Shown: positions 21,912 to 32,466 of the stretch, in pieces
Layout of the letters: each line of letters starts with the position of its first letter
How positions within the stretch are numbered: position 1 is the stretch's first letter
Origin: a virus
Taxonomy: Duplodnaviria; Caudoviricetes
Virus record (IMG/VR): IMGVR_UViG_3300033388_002430
Location: 1,997-65,996 of that record
Length of the DNA: 64,000 bases
Direction: 5' to 3' (one strand)
Program-made: the position numbers and the translations under genes
The notes under the pieces: generated by a model
Databases searched by the model: none
What the model was told of the DNA's origin: nothing
The model's input: only the letters and a program-made list of their open reading frames with translations

Positions 21912-22927
21912 TCTGGATGTTCCATCATCCAGCTCACCACCTTCTCAATCGTTCTTTTCAAATTAAATGGTGCTGTCCATCCAAGATGTGCAATCTTTGT
22001 TCCATCAAGACCATAATGAAGATCATGACCTGGTCTAAAACTATGGAAATCTTCATATTGAAGGTTGAGATCCTTCTCTTTACCCATCACTTTTGCAATT
22101 AATATGGCTAATTTATCTACTGGCATCCATTCTCCAGTCACGTTATACGCCTCACCAATCTTTCCATTCTCCAGTAAGAAAACAATAGCACTTGCATGGT
22201 TTTGAGCATGGAGCCAACACCGACTCGAAACATCCACAACTACATCATCTTCTATCTTACAATGAACAATAACTGGCTCATTAGCAAGAATTTTCTTTAC
22301 AACCATGGGGAAGAATTTCTCACTGTCCTGCCTCTCACCAATATTATTCATCGTTCTGCTAATTATTACTGGTAAATCATAAGTATTATGATAGGCAGTA
22401 CAAAAATCCTCTCCCGCCGCCTTACTCGCAGAGTACGGATTACTTGGCTTATGCGCTTCTCCCTCTTTATGTAAATCACCATCATATGCTGGCCCATATA
22501 CCTCGTCAGTCGAAACATAAATTATTTTTTCTAGATCATGCCCATTTGATAATGTTTTTGCAAGCTCTAAAATATTTACTGTTCCTAATACATTAGATTC
22601 TATAAATGGATAAGGATCTGTAATTGATCTATCTACATGAGACTCCGCACCCATATGAATTATATAATTTATTTTTCCAAATAATCTGAGTAGTCCAAAT
22701 ACTTTTCCAACATCAAATTTTGCTCGGAAATCATGATAATAAAATTTTACTCTACCGCTAGAATAAGCATCTGGAAATATATCAACATCCATTAATCTAT
22801 TTAGATTTCCAGCATAAGAAAGTCTGTCCAGAATAATAATATTCCAGTCGGTATTTTCCAAGATATATTCAGTCGTGTGATGCCCAATAAATCCAGCACC
22901 ACCAGTTAATAAAACAGTTTTATTCAT
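21902..22927 (-). CDS. rmlB: dTDP-glucose 4,6-dehydratase
   Basis: TGGAGFIG, AESHVDRSI, STDEVYG, YSASK, RPGHD. Confidence 0.92.
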   Translation of the reverse strand: MNKTVLLTGGAGFIGHHTTEYILENTDWNIIILDRLSYAGNLNRLMDVDIFPDAYSSGRVKFYYHDFRAKFDVGKVFGLLRLFGKINYIIHMGAESHVDRSITDPYPFIESNVLGTVNILELAKTLSNGHDLEKIIYVSTDEVYGPAYDGDLHKEGEAHKPSNPYSASKAAGEDFCTAYHNTYDLPVIISRTMNNIGERQDSEKFFPMVVKKILANEPVIVHCKIEDDVVVDVSSRCWLHAQNHASAIVFLLENGKIGEAYNVTGEWMPVDKLAILIAKVMGKEKDLNLQYEDFHSFRPGHDLHYGLDGTKIAHLGWTAPFNLKRTIEKVVSWMMEHPEWL

Positions 22928-23227
22928 TTTCCTCCTCTGAATACGATTCGATATGACATACGTAAAATTGATCGTTTTGAACGTCTCCAGATCTTTTTAG
23001 CGTTTGATCTTTTTGTTCCAGAATCTACAGCACTAGTTATAAATTTTTTCCTGATATAAACGAAAAATGTCAGATAGCTGATAAGTATCGCACTGACAAA
23101 AATTGTTCCAAACGTTATTAAAAGTATTTTAAACATTTTAATATTTCCTTTTAATTAATATATTAATTAAGTATTTATTTAATTATTATTTAACTCTTAT
23201 TAACCCTTTACAGTTTTAATAACTTAG

Positions 23228-23256
23228 ATTATAATCATAAATGTAAGAACTGTCAA
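23228..23256 (-). promoter_or_regulatory. consensus sigma70 leftward promoter
   Basis: TTGACA (23256-23251) -17 nt- TATAAT (23233-23228) at the divergence point. Confidence 0.8.
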
Positions 23257-23289
23257 GGGTTAAAGTAAGATTAGTTTTGGAGGATAAAG

Positions 23290-23676
23290 ATGCCATTAAC
23301 AAGACATAGAGAATTACAAATGGATGAAAGTGAATGTTTTCATCTCTGGCTGGAATTAGGAGCTTTGAGTAAGGTCAGTAAGAGATTATTCAATGAGGGT
23401 AAATATAATCAAGACACTGGAAGGCCATTTACTCCTGGTGGGATTAGAAACTCTGCGTTACGATACATAATTTATAATCCAGATGATGCTTTTGCAAAGA
23501 TGAAAGAAGTTGATCCAGTATCTCCTTATTTGAAAGATGAAGAGACTTGGTATAGATATTTGATTCGTCATGCCATAGAAGTATTTCATAATCGAGCCAA
23601 TGATGCTGATATTTTTGCTTGGGCTGAACAATATAAGATTCCACAGAGATATATAGATGAAGCATTGGACATCTGA
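23290..23676 (+). CDS. putative DNA-binding protein, first gene of the rightward arm
   Basis: VSKRLFNEG..N..TGRPFTPGGIR resembles a recombinase-type winged-helix segment. Confidence 0.45.
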   Translation: MPLTRHRELQMDESECFHLWLELGALSKVSKRLFNEGKYNQDTGRPFTPGGIRNSALRYIIYNPDDAFAKMKEVDPVSPYLKDEETWYRYLIRHAIEVFHNRANDADIFAWAEQYKIPQRYIDEALDI

Positions 23677-23911
23677 AGAATTATCCCTTCTGGATCAGTT
23701 TAATCATAGATGTGTCAAATGTCAAAGATTGTGTGATACGATACATGAATGTGTTCCTAGAAGCCATGGCAAAGACTCAATGTTAATTGCAAATAGAGTT
23801 CCGATTTGTGCGAGTTGTCATGATTGGGCACATAGAGTGGGAACAAAAGTATCAGCTCCTATTCTATTAAATTTCAGAGCAATGAGGTTATCTCGATATG
23901 ACAATGACTAG
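23657..23911 (+). CDS. small HNH protein (terminase-associated)
   Basis: CxxC...IHE...N.VPICxxCH; directly upstream of terminase. Confidence 0.7.
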   Translation: MKHWTSEELSLLDQFNHRCVKCQRLCDTIHECVPRSHGKDSMLIANRVPICASCHDWAHRVGTKVSAPILLNFRAMRLSRYDND

Positions 23912-24452
23912 AAATGTATCACCTGCTCCGTATAGTCAGAACTATAAAAATTTAGCTTTTTATATCTGGTATCAAAATGGGCGACCATCAATGCCAGATC
24001 TTGCCCGTAAATTAGATGTGAGAGAGGATGGAACGAAGCCGGCACATCTTACTGTTGGTAAATGGAAACGAGATAATAATTGGGAGCAGAAAGCTGATGA
24101 GTTAGATCAAGAAGCGGCGATTCAGATTCAAAAGAGATTGATAGATGATAGAGTAAAGATGTTTGAAGAGCATGCCGAACTTGGTGAGGCTCTGAGAGTT
24201 GAGGCTCTTTATTGGTTAGGAGAACACGGTGTTACTACTGCTAATGAAGCTATGCGACTTCTAACAATTGCTGTAGATATAGAAAGAGAAAGCATTGGAT
24301 TATCTGACATTATTGCTAAGATTAAGGATATGGATGATAGTGGTTTGAAAGATAGAATTGCTTATTTGATGAAAAAGGGTAGATTGACCGATCTGGATAC
24401 AAAAACAGTAGAAAAAGGTGAGGATGTCGAATCAACTGAGTTTATTGAATAA
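23898..24452 (+). CDS. terminase small subunit
   Basis: N-terminal HTH with WKRxxNW; directly upstream of large subunit. Confidence 0.75.
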   Translation: MTMTRNVSPAPYSQNYKNLAFYIWYQNGRPSMPDLARKLDVREDGTKPAHLTVGKWKRDNNWEQKADELDQEAAIQIQKRLIDDRVKMFEEHAELGEALRVEALYWLGEHGVTTANEAMRLLTIAVDIERESIGLSDIIAKIKDMDDSGLKDRIAYLMKKGRLTDLDTKTVEKGEDVESTEFIE

Positions 24453-25914
24453 AGAAGAGGAAGAATTAAAAGTTCTTTTAGCTGAAGCGGATCGTAGAGG
24501 AATAGAATTAGATAAAGTTGATTCTAACTGGACACGGGAATTTATCCTTGGATCAAATGGTTATTTTGTAAAGAAAAATGGAAATTTATATATTCCAACA
24601 GTCCCACAAAAAGCGTTCATAGAATCTAGGGCACGTTTTAGTCTTTTTTATGGGAGTCGTGGGAGTGGTAAAAGCGGAAGTGGAAGTCAGAAAGCTCTTT
24701 TCAAAATCATGCAGGGAGAGTCCGGTGCGATTTATAATCCTGATTTTGAAAATCTAAAAACAGCTACATGGCCTGAATTTCGTGAGTGGGTTGATTGGAA
24801 CATGGTTGTTCCTAATCAGAGATATCGAGGAGAAAAAGATTGGGAACCAGTCAGACCGTTTACTCTAAACTTCAATAATGGTGCAGAAGTAAGAATCAAA
24901 GGTGTCAAAGATCCTGATGCGGCTCGTGGCCCTAATATTAACTGGCTCTGGTATGATGAGGGGAGTCGAGATAAGACTGGAGAATCTTTTCAGATCGCCG
25001 TTGCTTCAGTTCGTGTTGGAAAAGACCCTCAAGTATGGGTAACGGCCACACCCGCTGGTATGGATCATTGGATGTATGATTTCTTTATTGAACAAAATAT
25101 TCCAGAAGAAGCACTTGAGGCGTATGAAGAGGCTGGACTAGATAATTCTCTTATTGAATCTTTTTACGGAACTATCAAAGATAATAAAGATAATCTTGAT
25201 CCAGGATTTTATGCTTCTATGCTTACGGCTTATTCTGATGGGTGGCTGAAAGAGCAGGAAATTGGTGGTAAGTTTGTGGAGCAGGGAGGAGTACTCGGAA
25301 ATCGAGACTGGTTTGCAGGAAAGATTATTCCCTATCCAGAAGATTTACTTATTAAGAAACGTGTCAGATATTGGGATTTAGCCGCATCTGAAAAGAAGAA
25401 GTTCAAAGGTAAAAGAAATGATCCTGATGAATCTGTAGGCACTTTAGAATCCTACACAGAAGATGAATCTGGAAGAAAATATTATATAGAGGATCAACAT
25501 GGAGGACATTGGGAATATGCACAGCTCAGAGAAAATATTATGAGTACAGCTATGCGAGATGGTCCAACTGTTCCTATTATTTTAGAAGAAGAACCCGGTT
25601 CTGGCGGTAAGAATCAAATAGCGGCAATAAAAGAATGGATGGATAAGGTATGTGAAAAGAAAGGTATTCCGAGATTCCAAATTGAGGGCTGGCGACCACC
25701 TAATGATCGTGTGATTCTTGCAAATATTTGGTTTGCAGAGGCATCAAAAGGTAAGGTATATCTTGTCAAGGGAGACTGGAATGATGGATTCTTGAATCAA
25801 ATATCTAGCTTTCCAATTGGGCGACATGATGATAAAATTACATCAGTGAATGGGGCAAGATTAAACGTTGCCCCAATTAGAGAATGGTCAGCCCCAAAAT
25901 TCTTATCTGTATGA
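24418..25914 (+). CDS. terL: terminase large subunit
   Basis: Q motif, GSRGSGKS, RG, WYDE, TATP; nuclease WDLA...FP.GRHDD. Confidence 0.95.
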   Translation: MRMSNQLSLLNKEEEELKVLLAEADRRGIELDKVDSNWTREFILGSNGYFVKKNGNLYIPTVPQKAFIESRARFSLFYGSRGSGKSGSGSQKALFKIMQGESGAIYNPDFENLKTATWPEFREWVDWNMVVPNQRYRGEKDWEPVRPFTLNFNNGAEVRIKGVKDPDAARGPNINWLWYDEGSRDKTGESFQIAVASVRVGKDPQVWVTATPAGMDHWMYDFFIEQNIPEEALEAYEEAGLDNSLIESFYGTIKDNKDNLDPGFYASMLTAYSDGWLKEQEIGGKFVEQGGVLGNRDWFAGKIIPYPEDLLIKKRVRYWDLAASEKKKFKGKRNDPDESVGTLESYTEDESGRKYYIEDQHGGHWEYAQLRENIMSTAMRDGPTVPIILEEEPGSGGKNQIAAIKEWMDKVCEKKGIPRFQIEGWRPPNDRVILANIWFAEASKGKVYLVKGDWNDGFLNQISSFPIGRHDDKITSVNGARLNVAPIREWSAPKFLSV

Positions 25915-25920
25915 TATAAT
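25912..25920 (+). promoter_or_regulatory. extended -10 TGATATAAT; identical copies at 32496, 32536 and 60827
   Basis: Same 9-mer lies just upstream of the portal gene, the ncRNA cluster and 60854. Confidence 0.6.
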
Positions 25921-25937
25921 AATTGAGGCAGTATACT

Positions 25938-27713
25938 ATGGCAAAAACTACACCACCTAAACTTAGTAAAAAGCCTGGTCAGCGTTCTACTGATGTGGCT
26001 CCATATCTTTATAGATTTACACCGACATGGAACCAGCCAGAGTGGTATTCAGCTACCGCTTGGAGAAATATTGTTAGGGCACAGCCAGTAGCTATAACCT
26101 GTAGGGAAACCCTTACAGCTAATATTGTTGATTTGGATTGGAAAATAGATCCAAGAGAAAGCAATGATCGTGATGAACTAAAGTCTGAAATAGATTACTA
26201 TACCAGACTTCTTCAGTATAATGGAGAAATTAATTGGATATCTTTCATGGAACTGCTTATGCAGGACTATTTAGATCTCCCATTTGGTGCAGGATTTGAA
26301 TTAGGATATGAAAATGATGATCCAGAACAAAGACTTGCTTGGTATCAGCATTTAGATGGTTCTACATTATTCCCAACCCGTGTTCCAGAATGGCCTGTTG
26401 GTCAATATGTTCCACAAGCCATGACAGACTTTAATCAGCCTGTTTATTTTCCTAGGCATGCTATAAATCGTATGTATATGTCTCCGAGACCTGAGATTAT
26501 TCGAGAGGGTTGGGGAATGGCTCCACCGGAGAAAATCTATTTAGCATTGAGAATGATTTCTACTGGAGATGTTTATTATGCTAATTTGCTTATAGATACT
26601 CCAGAAGCAGGTCTGTTAGATCTTGGAGATATGAGTGAGGAAGCGGCTACGAAATGGGTCGAATCATTTAGGTCTGTAGTAACAGGAGTAGATGCGTTCA
26701 AAATTCCTGTACTTTACGAGCATAATGAAGCGGCTACATGGATACCATTTGGTCGTCCACCATCGGAGCTATCTTATAACAGTGTGACTACAAGATATAT
26801 GGCAATGGTGTGTGCTGGATATGGGATGTCTCTTAGTGATATTGGACTTCAGGCAACTTCATCTGGTGGAGAGACTCTTGCTGGATCTATTCGACAAGAG
26901 CGTAGGACAAGAAAAACTGGATATGGTAGAGCTAAAAAATCAATAAAATATTTTATTGATAGAATGATTGATCCCAGACTTAAGTTTGATTGGATAGATA
27001 TGGATGATGAACTTAATGTTGCTTTGGGAAGAGCAAGATTGGCAAATGCAACAGCTATGAATCAGTATATTGCTAGTGGAATGATTACTGATGATGAGGC
27101 TAGATTACAGATGATCGCTGATGGAATGATGACTATTCCAATGAAAGAAACTCTGGATGACAATGAGAAACAATCCAATATTGATAAAAATGCTCCTGAA
27201 CGCCCCGGTATACTTGATAGACCAAGAGCACCTTCTAGTGGTGGGCGGGGAGAGGTAAAACAAAGCCTTATAGAAAGTGCTGATAAGTATTTTAATCTTG
27301 ATACTTGGAAATCTCTAATTAGCAATTCAATTCCACATGTGCGGGAATATCTAAACACAGTGTTTGACTCTATAGTTGGTGAGGATTTAGATAATTGGGA
27401 TGATAATTTTGGATCTATGTTATTTGAAAAGAGTCTCCCGGATAATCTAAATATTTCTATTGCTCATTTTAATAAACAAGAGGTTCCAGAAGATCTATTA
27501 TCTATTCCTAATCTAAATGATGTTATTGAACAATCAATAATTTTTGCTATAAAGGAAAATATTATAAAATCTATAAAGGAGAAAGAGCTTGACATAAATG
27601 ATATTATGATTGATAATACAATAGAGAATAGCATATTGTCTGATATGGAAATATGCCTGACAGAAATAAAAGATACAATATTAGGTACGTATAAGGAGAA
27701 TACTAATGAATGA
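25938..27713 (+). CDS. portal protein
   Basis: Follows TerL; G..P.E, YGMS..DIG, G.IT.DEAR portal-like motifs. Confidence 0.85.
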   Translation: MAKTTPPKLSKKPGQRSTDVAPYLYRFTPTWNQPEWYSATAWRNIVRAQPVAITCRETLTANIVDLDWKIDPRESNDRDELKSEIDYYTRLLQYNGEINWISFMELLMQDYLDLPFGAGFELGYENDDPEQRLAWYQHLDGSTLFPTRVPEWPVGQYVPQAMTDFNQPVYFPRHAINRMYMSPRPEIIREGWGMAPPEKIYLALRMISTGDVYYANLLIDTPEAGLLDLGDMSEEAATKWVESFRSVVTGVDAFKIPVLYEHNEAATWIPFGRPPSELSYNSVTTRYMAMVCAGYGMSLSDIGLQATSSGGETLAGSIRQERRTRKTGYGRAKKSIKYFIDRMIDPRLKFDWIDMDDELNVALGRARLANATAMNQYIASGMITDDEARLQMIADGMMTIPMKETLDDNEKQSNIDKNAPERPGILDRPRAPSSGGRGEVKQSLIESADKYFNLDTWKSLISNSIPHVREYLNTVFDSIVGEDLDNWDDNFGSMLFEKSLPDNLNISIAHFNKQEVPEDLLSIPNLNDVIEQSIIFAIKENIIKSIKEKELDINDIMIDNTIENSILSDMEICLTEIKDTILGTYKENTNE

Positions 27714-28083
27714 TGACGTAAATGCTACACCTGGAGCACTTGAATTGGCTGAAGAGGCTGGAGTTGATCTGGCTAATGTGGAAGGTACTGGTGCTGAAGG
27801 TAAAGTTTATAAAACAGATGTCGAAGTATATTTAGCAAAAGATGTTGGGCCGGCACCACAGCCTAAAGAACGTGCGAGCGATCAGGATATTGATTTTCAT
27901 ACTATTGTGCGTGTGATTTCAAAAAGTAATGCTATGAGTCCTAATGCCGCTGCATTTCCAAGTGTACAAGTCGATGCTTATGTCGCATCTTTTTTGAGGG
28001 GTGGATATGAGCTGGAAAACACACATTATCTGGGAGAACTCCCCGAAGGTTATATGATGATGTATGTGCTTGTAAAGAAATGA
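27706..28083 (+). CDS. protein with E3-binding (peripheral subunit-binding) domain
   Basis: ATPGALELAEEAGVDLANVEGTGAEGKVYKTDV matches the PSBD consensus. Confidence 0.8.
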   Translation: MNDDVNATPGALELAEEAGVDLANVEGTGAEGKVYKTDVEVYLAKDVGPAPQPKERASDQDIDFHTIVRVISKSNAMSPNAAAFPSVQVDAYVASFLRGGYELENTHYLGELPEGYMMMYVLVKK

Positions 28084-28376
28084 TTCTAGAATATTTCTTA
28101 TTTTTATTGGTGGGAAGATTATTTATTTATTTGATGCGACTCTTCCCACCAATAGTAAGATTGTTAGAAAAACATGAAGATACGAAGAAACTATTGAATT
28201 GTGATTTATGTATAGGGGTTTGGACATATACAATTCTTTCTGGTATAATGAATATTCAGATAATAGATAATATGAATATTTTTGGATATTTATTAACTGG
28301 TTCCGTATCTTCTTTTATTATGTATCTTGTAGTAGAGGGATGGAATCAGGTATTTAGAGAGTACGTAATAAACTAA
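28080..28376 (+). CDS. membrane protein (DUF1360-like)
   Basis: Hydrophobic helices around LLxCxxCxGVW. Confidence 0.55.
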   Translation: MILEYFLFLLVGRLFIYLMRLFPPIVRLLEKHEDTKKLLNCDLCIGVWTYTILSGIMNIQIIDNMNIFGYLLTGSVSSFIMYLVVEGWNQVFREYVIN

Positions 28377-28377
28377 T

Positions 28378-30108
28378 ATGCCTATTTCAAAGAAAGATGC
28401 TCCAGATGTATTGCCCGATGGGGCGAAGAATATTTACGTATCAGCCTTTAATGGTGCTTATAATGGTACGTGTAAAGATCGTGATGATCGTGATGAGTGT
28501 GGAGCTAAGATTGCTTGGTCTGCCGTGAAAAATAAGTTCAAAAAAGAGGGGGATAAGTGGGTAAAAAAGTCTGATTCTGTAAGAGAGCTTTCCCTTTATA
28601 TTAGTAAAGCAAGTTTTGATAAGAAGAGTCAGCAGATGCGATGTTTAGCCGTTGCATCTGATACTGATGATGATCTTTATGGGGATTCTATGTCAGCGGA
28701 TTTATTTGCTGATTTTATTTCTAGGATTGAAACAAAAGAGTTAGTGCCAGAAAAATTCCGGTCTGATTATTGGGAAAGTGGGATGCCTTACTTATCCATA
28801 TCTCACTATTCAGATCAGGAAGGTAAAGGAGTACCAGGAAAAATTGAGTCTATTTATGTCGATGGTAATAGACTTAAAATCAAATTTATTTTGGAAGACA
28901 CTGAAATAGGTCGAGCTATTTTCAAGTCCATAATGGATGATCTTTATGGGGATAACCCTGAATATGAGGAACCTGTACGGATATCAATAGCATTTCTTGA
29001 TTATGAACATGAACATAAAAATGGTGGATATATATTTGTTAGAAACTCATTTAGTAAGCCGTGTCCAGAGTGCCTAAAAGGTAATGAGCATGTGATATAT
29101 CTTAAGGGACATTTAATTCACTGTGCGTTTACAAGAGTTCCAGTTAATCCCCGAACAGAGATTGTAGATTTAGAGGAGCGTTCTATGAAAGAGATCAAGA
29201 CCAAACGAGACGATGCCGCTTCTATTGTGGGAGATGATGTTGCCGAGGAGTTGGAGCAGAATGAAACAATAATTGGCAAATCAGAAGTTTTAGTCGTAAA
29301 ATCTGAAGAAGTGTCTGAAGATGAGGCTGAGGCTGTCGTTGAAGCAGAAGTAGTAGTTAAAGAAGAAGAAGTTATAGAAGATGAAGAATCTGAAGAGATT
29401 GTTGAGGAAGAGGAAGTAGAGGAAAAATCTACTGCTACATCTATTGCTGACATGCTTGGAGAGAGGGAAGCGGCTCAAGAAATGAATCGTATTACCGATC
29501 TATTCTATATGTTTAGTGATGTTGTATACAATATTTTCAGAAGTGAAGAAGTTGAGGATAAACAGAGTAAAATATCTAGTGCTACAGAGGAGTTCAAAAA
29601 TATGCTAAAAGCAAAATCTATGCTGATTGAGGAAGATCAGGGATCTGTTTTGGCAAAAGCATGGAAAGAATTTTCTGATGCCTATGGCGAGCTTCCAGAG
29701 GGTGTGTCTAAAGATGAGAAACTGCGTAGTATTCAATCCGCATTTGAATCTTTAGGTGAAGCAGTCGTTGAAAGTTTTGAGGAGGATGTTGTTGCTGAAA
29801 ATGCAGAGCTTCCAGAAGGTAGTTTAGATGTCAAGTCATTAGCTAAAGCTATGGAAATTGCGCTTCAGCCAATGCTTAATAAACTCTCTTTGCTCGAAAC
29901 CGCCATATCTAGCAATCAGAAAAGTGCTTCTGTCATTCCTACTAGGCGAAGTATTAGTCCTAGTTTAGTACCACAAGCAGTTGTTACCGATATAGCCCCT
30001 AAAGAGACTAAAAAACTATCTCAGATATCTCAATTAGTTAATAAGTCTGTCGGATTACCCGATGGTTATGTAAGACCTGGGGTTGTTATTAAGGAAGAAG
30101 AAAAGTAA
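28378..30108 (+). CDS. ChaB-domain + prohead protease + acidic scaffold fusion
   Basis: N-terminal LP..AK.IY..AFN.AY...AWSAVK.KF.K...W (ChaB); AS....D..GD, SI.F, T..PVNPRT protease-like motifs; Glu-rich coiled coil; precedes capsid. Confidence 0.75.
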   Translation: MPISKKDAPDVLPDGAKNIYVSAFNGAYNGTCKDRDDRDECGAKIAWSAVKNKFKKEGDKWVKKSDSVRELSLYISKASFDKKSQQMRCLAVASDTDDDLYGDSMSADLFADFISRIETKELVPEKFRSDYWESGMPYLSISHYSDQEGKGVPGKIESIYVDGNRLKIKFILEDTEIGRAIFKSIMDDLYGDNPEYEEPVRISIAFLDYEHEHKNGGYIFVRNSFSKPCPECLKGNEHVIYLKGHLIHCAFTRVPVNPRTEIVDLEERSMKEIKTKRDDAASIVGDDVAEELEQNETIIGKSEVLVVKSEEVSEDEAEAVVEAEVVVKEEEVIEDEESEEIVEEEEVEEKSTATSIADMLGEREAAQEMNRITDLFYMFSDVVYNIFRSEEVEDKQSKISSATEEFKNMLKAKSMLIEEDQGSVLAKAWKEFSDAYGELPEGVSKDEKLRSIQSAFESLGEAVVESFEEDVVAENAELPEGSLDVKSLAKAMEIALQPMLNKLSLLETAISSNQKSASVIPTRRSISPSLVPQAVVTDIAPKETKKLSQISQLVNKSVGLPDGYVRPGVVIKEEEK

Positions 30109-30167
30109 GTTTAATTGTCTGGTAAAGCCAGTGTTGGCGACAGAATCATACTAAGTAAGGAGTAAAA

Positions 30168-31343
30168 ATGTTACCTAATGATATAACTGGCGAACAAGTA
30201 TTAGATCCGTCTACGGGAGAGGCTTTTATTGCTCGTGCTACTGATCCTAATATTACGCCACAGCCTTATTCGTCACCTGCTGATTTTGCGGCTCAGTTCC
30301 CAACACCCCTTGACACTACCGAGCTTATCGCTATGTGTGAAGAGGTTACTGTATTACAGACTATCCCAGAAATTGAGACTGGTCTGAAACAGGAGACTTG
30401 GCGAGAACTAAATGAGCTGGCATTTACCAGTGGATCTAGCTATATTTCTTTTGCAGATGGGGCTTGTCCCGAAGAGTATAGTCATGATGGTGATAATACC
30501 ACTATCACTTTGAAAAATATTGGTGCTAAGAAAACCCTATCTATTTCTGACATCAAGCACTCTGCGGCTGTTGCCGCCGCTGGTTGGAATGGTATCAACA
30601 AACTTGTCGGTGCAATTCCTGGTAGTGCAGGACTTCCTGGGGGAGCAGAACAGGGAACTTTCCTACAGCAAGTCGTAGGAGATGTAAAAGAGAAAGAAGT
30701 TAGATTGGCCTCTACCATGGTCTTGAATGGTTGGGATCGTTTATTGGTCGAGGGCAGTTCTAGTGATAATTCTCTGGAGTTTACTGGTATTGAGCAATGG
30801 GCAACCGTTCAGGCATGTTCTATGAATACCAATGACAATTCTAGTTCTGGATCTTTCTCATCTACCACATATGACAGATTCTTAGCAGAGAGCTGTGCTA
30901 AACCGACTCATATCTTTGGTCATCCTCAAGCTATTCAGGAAATGCTTTCGGGCTATTTCCAGCTTGGATATCAGGGATCTCAGATCGTAAACTTTAGTAC
31001 TGGAGATAGGGTAGTTCCTGGATTCAACTTTGCCGGATTTGTGAATACTGGAGTTGGGCGGCTGACTGTTGTGGCTGATATCAACTTCAATGTTACTGAT
31101 ATGGGGAATGGGGCTTTCCAGGCTCATCTCTATGGTCTCCGTATGACTCATAATGGAGTACCGCTGGTTTATCGCACCACTCAGATCCCATTCTCAATGC
31201 GAGATTTGGTTCCTGGTTGTACTGCGGTAAGTTTCCAGGTCTGGGCTAAGACAGCGTTGATTATAAAACATTGTTGTAGCCACTCAGACTTTACCGGACA
31301 GTTTGCCGGTCGTTCACAGAGCACGTGCCCGATAATTGGTTAA
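30168..31343 (+). CDS. major capsid protein
   Basis: Position, 391 aa, strong RBS, LEFTGI motif, downstream terminator. Confidence 0.8.
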   Translation: MLPNDITGEQVLDPSTGEAFIARATDPNITPQPYSSPADFAAQFPTPLDTTELIAMCEEVTVLQTIPEIETGLKQETWRELNELAFTSGSSYISFADGACPEEYSHDGDNTTITLKNIGAKKTLSISDIKHSAAVAAAGWNGINKLVGAIPGSAGLPGGAEQGTFLQQVVGDVKEKEVRLASTMVLNGWDRLLVEGSSSDNSLEFTGIEQWATVQACSMNTNDNSSSGSFSSTTYDRFLAESCAKPTHIFGHPQAIQEMLSGYFQLGYQGSQIVNFSTGDRVVPGFNFAGFVNTGVGRLTVVADINFNVTDMGNGAFQAHLYGLRMTHNGVPLVYRTTQIPFSMRDLVPGCTAVSFQVWAKTALIIKHCCSHSDFTGQFAGRSQSTCPIIG

Positions 31344-31361
31344 GCAGTCAAGATAAGACAC

Positions 31362-31390
31362 TTGACAACTAAATAGTTTAGTGATAAAAT
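31362..31390 (+). promoter_or_regulatory. sigma70 promoter for the HNH gene
   Basis: TTGACA-17-TAAAAT with TG extension. Confidence 0.7.
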
Positions 31391-31421
31391 GAGTAGTGTA
31401 AAAGCTACTCATTTTGTTATT
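31386..31421 (+). terminator. intrinsic terminator after capsid gene
   Basis: AAAATGAGTAG / CTACTCATTTT hairpin followed by a T-rich run. Confidence 0.65.
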
Positions 31422-31433
31422 TAAGGAGATGAT

Positions 31434-32443
31434 ATGAATTTAGAAGATTATGAATATAAGAAATCTGGTCGAGGATATAAAGTCAAGATTGCTTGCTTGA
31501 GTTGTGGGGAAGAGATGTGGCAACCCTGGAACGTTGTAAAAGATGGTAGGGGTAAGTATTGTAATTCTACTTGTTATAACGAGCATAGGCATCATACAGA
31601 AGAATTGGATCAATATGAACAAAGAATATCTCCATCTCGCCACATAGAAGTAAAAATTAATTGTGAGTGGTGTGGAGCAGAGACTTGGGTAAAATGGGTC
31701 AGACGAAAGAAGGGTCAGGGAAGATTTTGTAATCAAGAATGTTCTCAGGAATATGCTAGAAATGAGGGGAAAAAGACTTGGGGAAAGGAAAATGCTGTCT
31801 TTTGTTGGAATAAATCTAGTCAGCATTGGGGAGCTTTCTGGAAGGATGAAAATGGTATTCAACGAAGCACTACAAAAGCTCACTGGTTATGGGAGAGGGA
31901 TAAAAGAGAAATCCCAGACGGGTATTGGATTACATATATAGATGAGAACCGAGAAAATTGTGTTTTGGAGAATTTGAAAGCAGTTCCAAAAGGGGAAATA
32001 ATGAGTAAAGCTCTTATGGGACATAAACATTCTGAAGAAGCAAAGAAGAAAATGTCAGAATCTCATATAGGGAAAACCCTTTCTGAAGATCATAAGCATA
32101 AAATTAGTGCATCATTAGTAAAACGATGGAAATCTGGAGAGTTTGAATCTATTCATTGTGGAGAAAATAGTCAATATTGGAGAGGTGGCATAGATCAAGA
32201 ATATCCCCCAGAATTTAATGATAAATTAAAGCAAAAAATAAAAGAAAGAGATGAATATAAATGCAGGATTTGTTCTGATGGTGATGCTGATTAGATGTTC
32301 ATCATATAGATGGAGAAAAAACTCATAATAATTTAAATAATTTGCTTGTTTTATGTATTCACTGTCATCACAAAGTCCACGGAATAAAAGATAATCCAGA
32401 CCCAGTTATTTCTATGCTTCGTTCCTTGCTTTATTGGAATTAG
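31434..32443 (+). pseudogene. NUMOD3/HNH homing endonuclease with frameshifted C-terminal HNH domain
   Basis: ORF stops at 32294; LDVHHIDG...NNL..LCIHCH.KVH continues in the -1 frame 32291-32443. Confidence 0.8.
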
Positions 32444-32466
32444 AGTAGGTATATATACCTACTCTA
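32441..32466. repeat. perfect 26-bp palindrome
   Basis: TAGAGTAGGTATA|TATACCTACTCTA. Confidence 0.85.

Noticed and set aside
24652-24690. SGS in TerL as a glycosylation sequon
   Set aside because: It is part of the Walker A region of a non-virion enzyme
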